Assembly (NCBI GenBank): GCA_048128005.1 | Contig: JBEUKZ010000016.1 | Location: 496,001-560,000 of the forward strand | Length of the DNA stretch: 64,000 nt | Direction: 5' to 3' | DNA from: Veleropilina oligotropha | Taxonomy: Eukaryota | Part shown: piece after piece, positions 50,038 to 60,606 of the stretch | Layout: each line of letters begins with the position of its first letter | Numbering within the stretch: the stretch's first letter is position 1 | Translations under genes and position numbers: made by a program | The notes under the pieces: model-generated | What the model was told of the DNA's origin: nothing | The model's database searches: none | The model's input: the letters and a program-made list of their open reading frames with translations, nothing else

Positions 50038-53031
50038 TCACTGATTAGACGACCTCGGTCTAACAATACATCGTTGAGCAGCAACACACTGTAAGCTGCT
50101 CAAACCATCAGCACCAGTTGAATAATCCCGCAGATAATACTTGACAAAGACATTTGCATTCTTCCAGTAACCTGCTTGAAGCAACGCTGTGATATTTAAA
50201 CTGTGTCGGAAGGCAAGAGACGCAGCAATTGCACGGACCTCGTGCGCGCGGACCGATAAAATAGTGCGGTCTACTTCTTCACAGCGGAGGTATACATCTC
50301 TCACTACCTGTGAAATCCACCGCGAAACAGTTGTCTTCGTAATGTCGCGGGTATAAGTAGGTAAATATGAAATGAATAAACGTAATTTTCCTTGCCGCAT
50401 ATCACGGGTCCTGTCGAGGTAGAAGCGCAGGGCCCGCACGGGGCAGTTTAACCGGTCTGCATCGTGCCTTCCGACCAGCGTAAGCTTGGGGATAATAATA
50501 TCAGGTGCGTCCTCGTTCGGCCGTTGGTTCTTGGCGCGAAAGCCCAGAATAGGACGCAACATCACCGACCCGTCTGACTGGAATCGAATACCTCGTAGCT
50601 CGGCGGATAAACTATGAATCTCGGAACAACGCCTGCCCGACGCTAAGGCGATCAGAAAAAACGTTTTGTGCGTTAAGTTCCTCATAGACACCGTGGACAT
50701 CGGCTCGTACGGGGGTAAGTGTAGAGCGTTAAGAATTAGAACGATATTCCAGGCAGGTGGCCGTATGGTTCGGGTCGGCATCTCGAGTTCGTAGGATCGA
50801 ATAAAATCCGAAATCGTTCGGTCGTTAGATAGGCCAACATGGGCACGACACTGTTTTAACGTGGTCGCGATCGTTGCCCGATAGCCTTTGACGGCGGACA
50901 CTGACATACCACGTTCAAAGAGCGACGATAAAAACTCGATAAACTTGTTCACAGGGGGGCGGAGAATATTGACCTGCCGGCTGTGACACCAATCCACGTA
51001 CTTAACGCATCGGTAGTCATAAACTTTTGTCGTGGAAAGCCTTCTCGATCGGTAGATGCATAGGGCTGTTGCGTGATTAAATCCTTTCTTAGCAAGGGAT
51101 CGTTCGATAACCGCCAGGCGTGTAAACGTAAGTCGTTCGGCGATGGATGTAGTACACGGGTGCGCTGCTGCATTAACAGATCCGGTTTCTGCGGGAGCGC
51201 TAACGGTCGATCGACGATCAGATCGAGGAGGGTCGGAAACCAAGGTTGCGTGCGATACAGGGGCGCGATTAGCGTTATCTCGCAACGTTCGTTCGATGCC
51301 TTCTGTAATACCAGTGTCAGAATGCACGACGGGGGGAATGCACGACGGGGGGAAGGCATACGCGGACAGATTCTCCCATGTCATTGACAGTGCGTCGACC
51401 GCTAGGGCGGCCGGGTCCGGGTACGGGGAGACATACAGAGGTAGTCGGTGATTTAATTCTGTTGCAAACAGATCGACTAGGGGTTGTGACCACCGGCGAC
51501 AAACGTCCCGAGCTACTCGGCTGTGTAGCGTCCACTCTGTGTGTATTATCTGTGATTTCCGAGAGAGCGAGTCCGCTCTGACATTCAGCTTTCCCGGGAT
51601 GTGTCGGGCTCGAATCGTCGAGTTGAGGGACATCACTAGGCGGTGTAGGTCTATTGCTCGGTCGCAAAGGGGATGCGAGCGAGTGCCGCCCTGGTGCTGG
51701 ATGTAAGCGACGACAGTCGTGTTGTCCGTGGCGAGCATTATGTGCTTGTTGCGGAGATGTGACGAGAGGGACCGTACTGACAGGTAGACGGCTTCTAACT
51801 CTAGGAAGTTGATATGTCGTCCCTGAAGGTCCGTCGGCCATAGGCCTGATGTCTCGTATTCGTAACTGTCGAGGTGACCACCCCAGCCGTCGTTCGAAGC
51901 GTCTGTGAACAGGTAAGCGTTCGGCTCTGGCGGGGATATAGGAACCGACTGGTCCGGCAAAGCAGGGTTCAACCACACTGCTGTTGTGTGGTAAACCAAT
52001 GCCGAAGATCGATGCGATCCGTCCACTGCCCCGTCCGTTGTATCCAGCGATCCCTGAACGCCTGTTGTAACGGTCGTTTGTCCATGCGACCCGTCGGTAG
52101 CAGGGTCGCTACCGACTCGATGTGCCCCAGGACAGTGGCCAGTTGTCGCGCCGTAGTTATCTCCGATGACAGGGTGTCCTGAATAACCGCGCGTAGGTTC
52201 CGCATACGTTTCTGGGTCGGTTTCGCGGTGTACCGGACCGTATCGAAGTCGACTCCGAGGAACGTAAACGTCGTCGAGGGCACGAAGCAGGATTTTGTCT
52301 CGTTGATCTGAAATCCCAGGCGCTTCGTCGATGACAGGGTAAAGCTCGTAGACCGGAGGCACAGATCTCGGGACGCCCCGAGGATCAGCCAGTCGTCGAG
52401 GTACATATGTACCCTGTGCCCTAGAGAGTGTAGGAAGGCTCCGAGGGCCTGTACTGTTCTGGTGAAGACGTACGGGGCTGACGATAGACCGAACGGTAGG
52501 CACCTGAATTGGTAGATCGTCTCCCCGTGTAAAAACCGAAGGTACTGATGAGCCGTGGTATGCATCGGGACATGCAGATACGCGTCGGTCAGATCGATAG
52601 ACGCTGCCCAGTCTCCCGGACGGATGGCCGCTCGTATCTTCGAGAGGGTTTCTTGCTGGAATTTCTCGGTACGAAGATATCGGTTGAGATGCGAGAGATC
52701 GAGGATCGGTCGCCAGCGGCCATCGGGTTTCGGGACCAGGAAGAAATGGCTGTAAAATCCTGGTGTGCTGGGCGGCGCGGGATATATCGCTCTTTTTAGG
52801 AGCAAATCCCGCACTGCCTGGTCTAAGACCGCTTGTTTCTCTCCGTCTAGGAGGCGAGCGTGTCTTGGTGGTGGTGCCTCGGTTAGGGTCGGATGCCGGT
52901 TGAATGCCAACTTGTATCCGGCACTCACGACTAAGTGGACCCAGCTGCTGTCTGTTAGCTCTAACCACGACTGGCTGTATGCTAACAGACACGCTCCCAC
53001 CGGCGGTAGCGGGCAGCTGGGACCGTCGCAA
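50038..53031 (-). CDS. DIRS ORF3, tyrosine recombinase (YR domain in ~51130-50038); as assembled, chimeric with RNase H/MT
   Basis: Catalytic R (ASGRRCSEI), HxxR (AHEVR), W (AGYW) and Y (FVKYY); CPVRALRFYL motif. Confidence 0.9.
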   Translation of the reverse strand: MRRSQLPATAGGSVSVSIQPVVVRANRQQLGPLSRECRIQVGIQPASDPNRGTTTKTRSPPRRRETSGLRPGSAGFAPKKSDISRAAQHTRILQPFLPGPETRWPLATDPRSLASQPISSYREIPARNPLEDTSGHPSGRLGSVYRSDRRVSACPDAYHGSSVPSVFTRGDDLPIQVPTVRSIVSPVRLHQNSTGPRSLPTLSRAQGTYVPRRLADPRGVPRSVPPVYELYPVIDEAPGISDQRDKILLRALDDVYVPRSRLRYGPVHRETDPETYAEPTRGYSGHPVIGDNYGATTGHCPGAHRVGSDPATDGSHGQTTVTTGVQGSLDTTDGAVDGSHRSSALVYHTTAVWLNPALPDQSVPISPPEPNAYLFTDASNDGWGGHLDSYEYETSGLWPTDLQGRHINFLELEAVYLSVRSLSSHLRNKHIMLATDNTTVVAYIQHQGGTRSHPLCDRAIDLHRLVMSLNSTIRARHIPGKLNVRADSLSRKSQIIHTEWTLHSRVARDVCRRWSQPLVDLFATELNHRLPLYVSPYPDPAALAVDALSMTWENLSAYAFPPSCIPPVVHSDTGITEGIERTLRDNANRAPVSHATLVSDPPRSDRRSTVSAPAETGSVNAAAHPCTTSIAERLTFTRLAVIERSLAKKGFNHATALCIYRSRRLSTTKVYDYRCVKYVDWCHSRQVNILRPPVNKFIEFLSSLFERGMSVSAVKGYRATIATTLKQCRAHVGLSNDRTISDFIRSYELEMPTRTIRPPAWNIVLILNALHLPPYEPMSTVSMRNLTHKTFFLIALASGRRCSEIHSLSAELRGIRFQSDGSVMLRPILGFRAKNQRPNEDAPDIIIPKLTLVGRHDADRLNCPVRALRFYLDRTRDMRQGKLRLFISYLPTYTRDITKTTVSRWISQVVRDVYLRCEEVDRTILSVRAHEVRAIAASLAFRHSLNITALLQAGYWKNANVFVKYYLRDYSTGADGLSSLQCVAAQRCIVRPRSSNQ

Positions 53032-53252
53032 ATGCCGGCAGCCCTAGGGCCGAGGCTTCCCTCTCCCGCTCTGCTTACGGGGTTTCGCTGGAGGTGCTCG
53101 CCTCGTCGGAGTGGGTTTATTGGCCGGTGGCCTACCACCCGAAGAGGGCTTTGCACGCTTGGAAGGCTTTGGGGTCCGGGTGGGCCCTGAGCGTTTCCTC
53201 GAGTCGGCAGGTGGACCCCGGGTAGGGTGCAGTACCGCCTTCTCGATGGCAC
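50949..53252 (-). pseudogene. DIRS ORF2: reverse transcriptase - RNase H - Dam-like methyltransferase (two frameshifts)
   Basis: FLVPKPDGRWRPILDL, IDLTDAYLHVP, LPFGLSSAP, YLDD; TDAS..LEL..TDN..ADSLSR; DLFA..DAL..W..YAFPP; 1-nt deletion at ~51990 and 16-nt duplication at 51321-51352. Confidence 0.92.
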
Positions 53253-55286
53253 GGTCCTTCATGTCCGCCGCTCTCTTGTCGACGAACTCCGTAAAGTTGT
53301 CGCCAAAAAGAGTGGTGGCCGAGCAAGGCACGCATCGCAACGAGCGCCGGGTGGCCTCGTCTAGCGAGGTGCCTTCCAGGCAAGCATCCCTACGAAGTAG
53401 GAGTGCATTGCCCAGGACACGTCCCGTCTCCAACGCGCTGGTCTCCTGTGCGGCAGCAACCTCCTGGAGGAAGGACAGGGCAGCCTCGCGGGCGCCGGGT
53501 CCTTCCTCCTGTAGTACGGCTATCGCCCCGTCCAAGAAAAAATCCTGAACGGACGACAGCCGCAGAGCCCGCCGGGCGGCGCTCTCGAAAGCTTCCAAGG
53601 CGGACCAAGGAACTTTCGCCACGGAGGGAGTGTGACTGGCGGTCAGTCGACGCAACGCAGCGTCTACATGAGCCTGCTCAGTCGCCAGGCATGGACCAGT
53701 ACAAGCGAACGGGATCGCTCGCGCACTGGCCCGGAGGTACCTCCCACTACGGAACCCCGAAGGGAACTCGGTCAGCGGGGAGGACTCCACCGGATTGCGC
53801 CCCTGTATGAGCTTGGTCGTCGAGTCGACCACTAGATCGACCAGCCCAGACTGAGGTAAGGAGGGAAGCACGGGGGCTTCCCTCTCAACAAACCGATGTG
53901 CTGCCGTCCTGTGCTTGGCTGAACCTACGGCCGACCGAGTCGGTTCCGGCAGGCCAAGCACCCCGCGAAGTGACGCAACGGCGTCGAGCCTTCGGCGGGT
54001 GGAGGAGGTCGGCTCCTGCGTGCCTGAAAGACTTGCGTCTTCGGGCCCGACCGATTCAGGGAGGTCGGAGTGATTTGAACCGAGGTCCTCGTCGGAACGA
54101 GGGTCGATCTCCATCACGGAGGCAGGAGCCGTGCTCTGCGCCAGGGGCAGATATGTAGGTACCAGGCGCGGCTGGGGAGCCGTCGGCCAGGCCTTACATT
54201 GTTCCTCGAACCCCGCCGCGATCCATGCCTGGACGTTCTCCAAAGAGAAACCCTGAGGCAGGACGGGCGTCGCACTAACAGCCGGTAGTGCTGTCGAGGA
54301 TACCGTGGCGCTAGGTAGACGGGCTGCATGGACAGGTGGAGCCGAGAACCAGGGTCTCGGGGCACTTGTCGAGCGGTCGAACCCGAAAGAACGGCCCGAA
54401 GGCACGATCGGTGGGTCGGACGACCGATAGGACTGCGGCAACAGTCCGTATCGGTCTACCGCTCTGTTCGCGAGAGGCACGGTCGGAAAACCGCCGTAGA
54501 ACCCCGTCCCGAACGCAGCCGGTCTGTCCTCGTTCTCTAGCGTGACCATCGTGGGTGCACGGGCCCTCTGAAATACTCGTGAGCTTCGAGGTTGAGCGGA
54601 AAACCCCTCGGGGTAGTCGCGTCGGTCTCGATCGAGGATTCAGGTGTCGCCAATTGTCCGGATCTTAGACCATCAAGATGGTGTCCGGCCTCTTTAAAGG
54701 CTTTCTCATTGGGTCGCTCCCCGTCGTTAGACGGAGAGTTTCCCGCAGAAGGACTAACGTTCCCCTGATTCTTCGAGGCCGAAGAATAGGAGGGGGAACG
54801 TCTGCCCTGCTCAGCTGTTCGCTGCGCTGCCAGATACACCTTGCTAGCCGGCAAGGTATGGTTGGCTGCAGCTACTAGGCCCATTGGAGGAGTAACGGTC
54901 TGCACTCGGGCTGTGGTTACCTGAATCTGGGTTCCCGGCAAGGTTTCGGCGACTCCCCCATGAGTCGCGGAGGTTTCGCCGGTAGATCCGGCGACAGACG
55001 GCACCTTACGTGGGCTGTCGTCCAGCGTCCCTGAAGCAGACAAAGAAGAAACGTTATCCCTTAACTTACTCGTCTCTTCCTGCCCCTTCTCCGGGGGTGG
55101 ACCCACCGTGGCAGCCGCCCTGGTCGGCTTCACCGGAGGGAAAAGAATCGCCCACTGCTTCTCTGAAAAAACTAAGCACAGTTCACATTTATACTTACGA
55201 GTACAATTACGATGAACGCGGCATTCCGTGTGCTTATCAAACCCGTGGATCTTCTGGTGACACCCGGAGCTACTGCACCGGACCAT
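53044..55286 (-). pseudogene. DIRS ORF1 gag-like (~750 aa; one frameshift at ~54560)
   Basis: N-terminal Cys/His motif CSSSGC..DKHTECRVHRNC....CELC; C-terminal NALLLRRDA..LF motif; a 10-nt deletion relative to copy 1 splits it into the 249-aa and 501-aa ORFs. Confidence 0.85.
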
Positions 55287-58167
55287 AGCTGATACACGGG
55301 AGGGTGGAAGTGGGTGGACGGGGTAGGTAAATAGGTATATATTTGGTAGTTGTGACTCTTTTTACTACTACAACTCTTTAAATTGCCCTGATCTGAAGAT
55401 CAAAGATCAGGCGATATACCGCAAAAAACCCCGAACTGGGAACACCGAGGCCGGTTAATAACCCGGCACGACCCGGTAAAAAACCCGGCAAATTGACTAG
55501 AACAAACGGGGGTTCTTTCTTAGAAAAAACCGCACAGAAAAACACCTGAAAACCTCGTGGATGTTTTTATGTTAGTACAATGGCGTATTATCCCAGCAAC
55601 GGCAGGATATCAGAATAACTAGAAGTGATATCTAAACAATCCTGCCTTTTAACGACACTAGAATTTTTATACAAAATTACCAGCAATAAGCGTCGTTAAG
55701 GAATTATCCAATATAATGAGTTACCTGTTTGCAGTCTCAAACAATATCAGATAAAAATACCGACCAGAAATTTCTTCTTATTACACGAAACTTCCCCTCT
55801 AAGCGGCCATGCTTTTCCCTGCAACAGCGGCGATGTCGGTTTCACTTGATTTTCAGAACTTCTCGAAGTTTTAGAATCACAATCTCCTTATTCACTTGTG
55901 TTTAGTTATCCACAACACAGTGTATATTCCACAACTTATAACATGTATATAAGTTATATTATAGCGTCCTCGATTTAAACATATACATCGCAGACAAATT
56001 CGAAATATTTGCGGAGCAAAAACACGTCTTTCCGTCTCGGCGGAAAACTTTGAATTGAGGTCTTGTGACTTCGATGGCTCGGATGTCTCGCGAGACTTGG
56101 CGAGATCTCGCTGGGGGAGCAGGGGAGGTGATCGTGGTGTTTTGACTTAAAAGGAGTGCATAATGTGACTTTATTCACTGTTTCCGGTTGGCGATAATAT
56201 GACTATTATGGCAAGAGTAAGGACGTAAGTATGTTTGTAACTACATACATTAACCTGAATTATCTAAGTCGAAAAATGGAAATAATTTGGTAAAAATGAA
56301 GCTAGAGTTATGGCCCTTGTATTGCAAGTTCGCATAATGATGTGACAAGCGTATGAAGTTTCAAGGCTGTAGTGTGAACACTTTGTGAGAAAAGGCCCTT
56401 CATGCAAAATGTTAACCTGAAGTTGACTTTGTGAGAAAAGGCCCTTCATGCAAAACATTAACCTGAATTGTCTAAGTCGAAAAAGGGGAATAATTTGGTA
56501 AAATAACGAAGCCAGATTTATTACGCCTGTAATGTAAGGTCGCATAATGACGTTGAACAAGTGTATGAAGTTTGAAAGGTGTTGTGTGAAAAATTTGTGA
56601 GAAAAGACCCTTCATGCAAAACATTAACCTGAATTGTCTAAGTCGAAAAAGGGGAATAATTTGGTAAAATAACGAAGCCAGATTTATTACGCCTGTAATG
56701 TAAGGTCGCATAATGACGTTGAACAAGTGTATGAAGTTTGAAAGGTGTAGTGTGAAAAAATTGTGAGAAAAGACCCTTCATGCAAAACATTAACCTGACT
56801 TGTCTAAGTCGAAAAAGGGGAATAATTTGGTAAAACAACGAAGCCAGAGTTATTACGCCTAATATGTAAGGTCGCATAATGACATTGAACAAGTGTATGA
56901 AGTTTGAAAGTTGTAGTTTGAAAAATTTGTGAGAAAAGACCCTTCATGCAAAATGTTAACCTGAAGTTTGACGCCAACGCCAACGCCGACGCCGACGACA
57001 GGGTGACTGCAATAGCTCGTACTATTTTAGAATAGTCGAGCTAAAAACGCATTACCCCTGAACAATGTTAAATAGTTTATTAATTACATTGCTAAACACA
57101 TATTTCTTTGTCACCCACCCTTCTTATACTAGAATATGGATATAATAGTAGACATAATGGCGACATAAAATGTTAGCGAATTTTGCTTCCTCGATAAGTT
57201 CGCCAAAATTTTATGCTCGCAAAAATTTCATGATTTACAGTAATCTTATTTGCAAAACTGTTTATACCCTATCCATGGGACGTAAAACTTCCCTATCATT
57301 TTTGACATTTTTACAGTGAATTCTTACCAAAATCAATACAATGACAGGTGTATTAGTGAAGTCAGTCGCCATGCAAGCATAGGGAATCAAGTTTCCACGA
57401 AGTAATTGTTCATGGCCAGTGTCATATTCTGAAATTTGCAAATGAAAAAGAACATTTATACAGGCTATAAAAATTCAGAATTGCTATATATATACATATA
57501 AGTTAACCCTTGTGTGATTTTAAAAATGGAATGACAATTCTAACTCCTTTTATTTCGACTTTAGGCACAAATCTATACGATTTCGGGGGGATATCCATGA
57601 TCATATCATAGTACATACTCTCAGATAATATATATTATGAGTCAGGGTTGACATACCTAAAGTATATCTCATATATATCAAATCCAGCATTTTAAGCATG
57701 CATGTTGCAAGCAAACTACGATCTATAGGAACGGTCTACGCACAATTAATTACATCCTTATTTTGTCAGCAAATATCCTCAACTTTTGCCAGCATTTCAA
57801 ATTGATGTGCGGCAATGCCATAGCATGGGATCCAATACCCCTGTCCAGGTCTTAGCTATTTTAATTAAATAAACAATAATATGCTCCTGACAGCACTAAA
57901 CATTACATATTTATTGAAAAAAGCACCAATTAACCATTCTTCCAAAATATAAATATTCCTGAATATATTTCTGAAGCAATAGCATCTGATTTTAACTATT
58001 AAAGCTCTGCAAACGAACGGCTGTGGTACTGTAATTCATCTACCCATAGGAGATTCTATGATATTGTGGCCACCACAAAAAAAAAAAAATTAATGTGCAT
58101 CAGGGCAAGATGAGACTTCTAAAATCATTCTATACAGATATGAAAGCAGTACAATTAACTATATATA

Positions 58168-59000
58168 CAGGGCTAGATTTTTGACGAGAATCCGCGAATC
58201 GATTCGCCTGAAGAGTCGCGCAAGATGTCAAATGGCGAATCAATTTTGATTCGCGCAAAAATATGGAATAAAATTTGTAAAAATAACCTTTTTAATATAA
58301 TCCGTTGTTAAATTATCGTCCATATAAGCATTTTAATCATAGAACAATTTCCGCACTGCTCCAACTTCGCAATTCCAACAGTGAAAACCACTTTTTGGTT
58401 GTCGTTATTGTAACGTTGTTCTGCTCGATCAATGTCGGTGGTTTCCGTGAACAGGCAGCGACCTCTATCACCGTGCTATTTTCGTTCACGGAAACGCAAC
58501 CGATTTCTATATCCCGAACGAGTACAAGTATTGTCCATGCGGTTTGCATAAAAAGCGACTAAACGTGAATATTTTTTGCGCTGAAAACATGGTAGTTTCC
58601 AATTTTCGGCTTTTTATTTCATAATAGAAAACAGCATGTCCGTAAAATCTGAAAGTATTAGACATTTGTTTAGTTGTTCTATTTATCGCTCAAAAAAGAC
58701 GACATTCGTTATTTCAGGTAGTGATTGACAGGTCGATAGCCAACGAAAACAGCAGAAACGATTTACGGAAGCTGTGACCACTATACATATCAAAATCTTT
58801 ATTCAATAGTGTTATATGGCTACCAAATATTAATCTTTAGATATAATATCACTGGTACATAATGGAAGTCACCAGACAGTATTCATTGACGTTCAATGGA
58901 AAAAGTTATAATTTACTTATTGGATTCGCCTGGATTCTCGCAAATTATTTGGCGAGAACCAACTTAGATTCTCGCGAAATGTTACGAAATTCTAGCCCTG
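58168..59000. mobile_element. Non-autonomous TIR element (CAGGG termini, 7-bp TSD)
   Basis: cagggctaga / tctagccctg TIR; atatata on both sides; subterminal gattc(t)cgc repeats. Confidence 0.8.
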
Positions 59001-60228
59001 ATATATAACAAGTTGAGTACACCCATTCACAAATGGGTGATTTCACTGAAAATCCCCTATTTCTCACCCCCCCTTCCCCCTCCCCCATTTCTTGCCCCCC
59101 TTTTCACTCCCCTCCCCATTTCTCACCCCCATCCCCCCTGCTTGCTACCCGCCCCCTGCCCCATATCCATCCCAAGAGTGTACGTGTCAATCAGCTGACA
59201 CTATCTCTCTATATATATAACAGTAAACCTGGGCAATTCGAACGGGCGCAACAACGGCAGTGGCAAACCGACAAACTGCAAACAAACAAATGCAATTACT
59301 ACTTTATATATAGATTCTTAAAATTGTAACGTGGTTGGTAGGATATCTCCCCTCAATAGTCTATAATCCTTAAATCTGCAATCATTCATTGTCTCCCTCT
59401 GTCATGCTATAACTCTGGAAAAGCAACGGAAGCTACAGGCTAAAAATAGTGTTTGGGCCATACCCACTTGACGCGGGCGGCACAACTCTATTAAGTTAGT
59501 AACTGTCAGATGTGGATTAAACAATATCATGTGTGTTTTCCAATGAGTGACATATCGACAACGCAGCTAGACCACTTGTTGACAAGTGTGTGGACATTTT
59601 CGGTATCTGCCGGAATTATCATATAATTTGTTTGGAGTTACTGTTTTCATACAATGTAGCACGATAGTTCCTTACGAAAATCAACGGAAAATAATCATAT
59701 AAACATCGCATTAGTGATTACGTAACATAGTAAAAACTGTATGCGCAAATTCGCCAAAAGGAGACACTGACTAACCACTAGGCCTACACTAACCTGCTAA
59801 CAGACTAATGACTAATAAAGAACCGGTTACCAATATGTTATCTTCAAATAAATGCACTATAAATGAACTGCCGTATCGATAAAATGATATGCATACTATA
59901 GCCTGGAATTAAAAACAAATATATACCGACAAAGGGGATCGGCGAACTTAGGAAACATCAAGGCGAACTTTAAAGAAATCAACAGTCAGTTGTGAAAGTG
60001 TGATCGCGTCCAAGTCACGTGCAGTTAGCTCGTACGGTTTTTTGGAAAATAACTGTCATTTTCGATGAACTTGTTGTATCTAGTATTAATGCAACGTTTA
60101 AATTAGAAAAATTGTAATCATTTAAATTATAACATCAAAATTGAATAAAATCTGCTTTCTGTTTATCAAAATTAGGGTATTTCCCTTTGGTATTCCCCTC
60201 GGCCGAATGTTATGGTGGACTGTTAGTG

Positions 60229-60390
60229 GGTGCGCGGTAAAAATGGCCAAGGTAAAAATGGCCATGGTAAAAATGGCCAAGGTAAAAGTGACAAGTGGGT
60301 AAAAATGGCCAAGGTAAAAATGGCCATGAGCGAAATATATATGTAATGCATGTATATTTATGGAAATATTCCATTTAAATTTATTTAAAG

Positions 60391-60428
<38 letters not shown>

Positions 60429-60521
60429 CTTTAAGTAAATTTAAATGGAATTTATCTACATTATATTTATATATATGTATGTTCTATGTATGTATGTATG
60501 CATGCATGCATGTATGCTTGA

Positions 60522-60606
<85 letters not shown>

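Larger units (their letters stand above)
48844..56247 (-). mobile_element. DIRS1-type tyrosine-recombinase retrotransposon, copy 2 (near intact)
   Basis: Left ITR 56046-56247, right ITR 48844-49081, ICR 49142-49231; three overlapping ORFs; no TSD. Confidence 0.97.
46948..57044. mobile_element. HINE-like element family E (166-bp monomers), hosting a CAGGG MITE and DIRS copy 2
   Basis: 5' aacaagagctgtc-agaag-gacagc hairpin + gctcgactat; monomers at 48700-48843 and 56248-56960; (gacgcc)-type repeat; 3' agctcgtactatt..aatagtcgagct. Confidence 0.7.
38812..57240. mobile_element. TA-flanked Tc1/pogo-like MITE (~0.9 kb native) expanded by four nested insertions
   Basis: ta|ctgtaaaccat..gcataaaaatttagcgaa (rebuilt after removing DIRS copy 1) versus ttcgccaaaattttatgc..atgatttacag|ta; ~40-bp imperfect TIR. 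Confidence 0.55.

Noticed and set aside
50038..53031. 997-aa ORF as a novel RNase H-methylase-integrase fusion gene
   Set aside because: Explained by two compensating indels relative to copy 1.
40211..55288. Numerous antisense ORFs over the DIRS copies
   Set aside because: Expected in GC-rich dual-coding sequence; no recognisable motifs.
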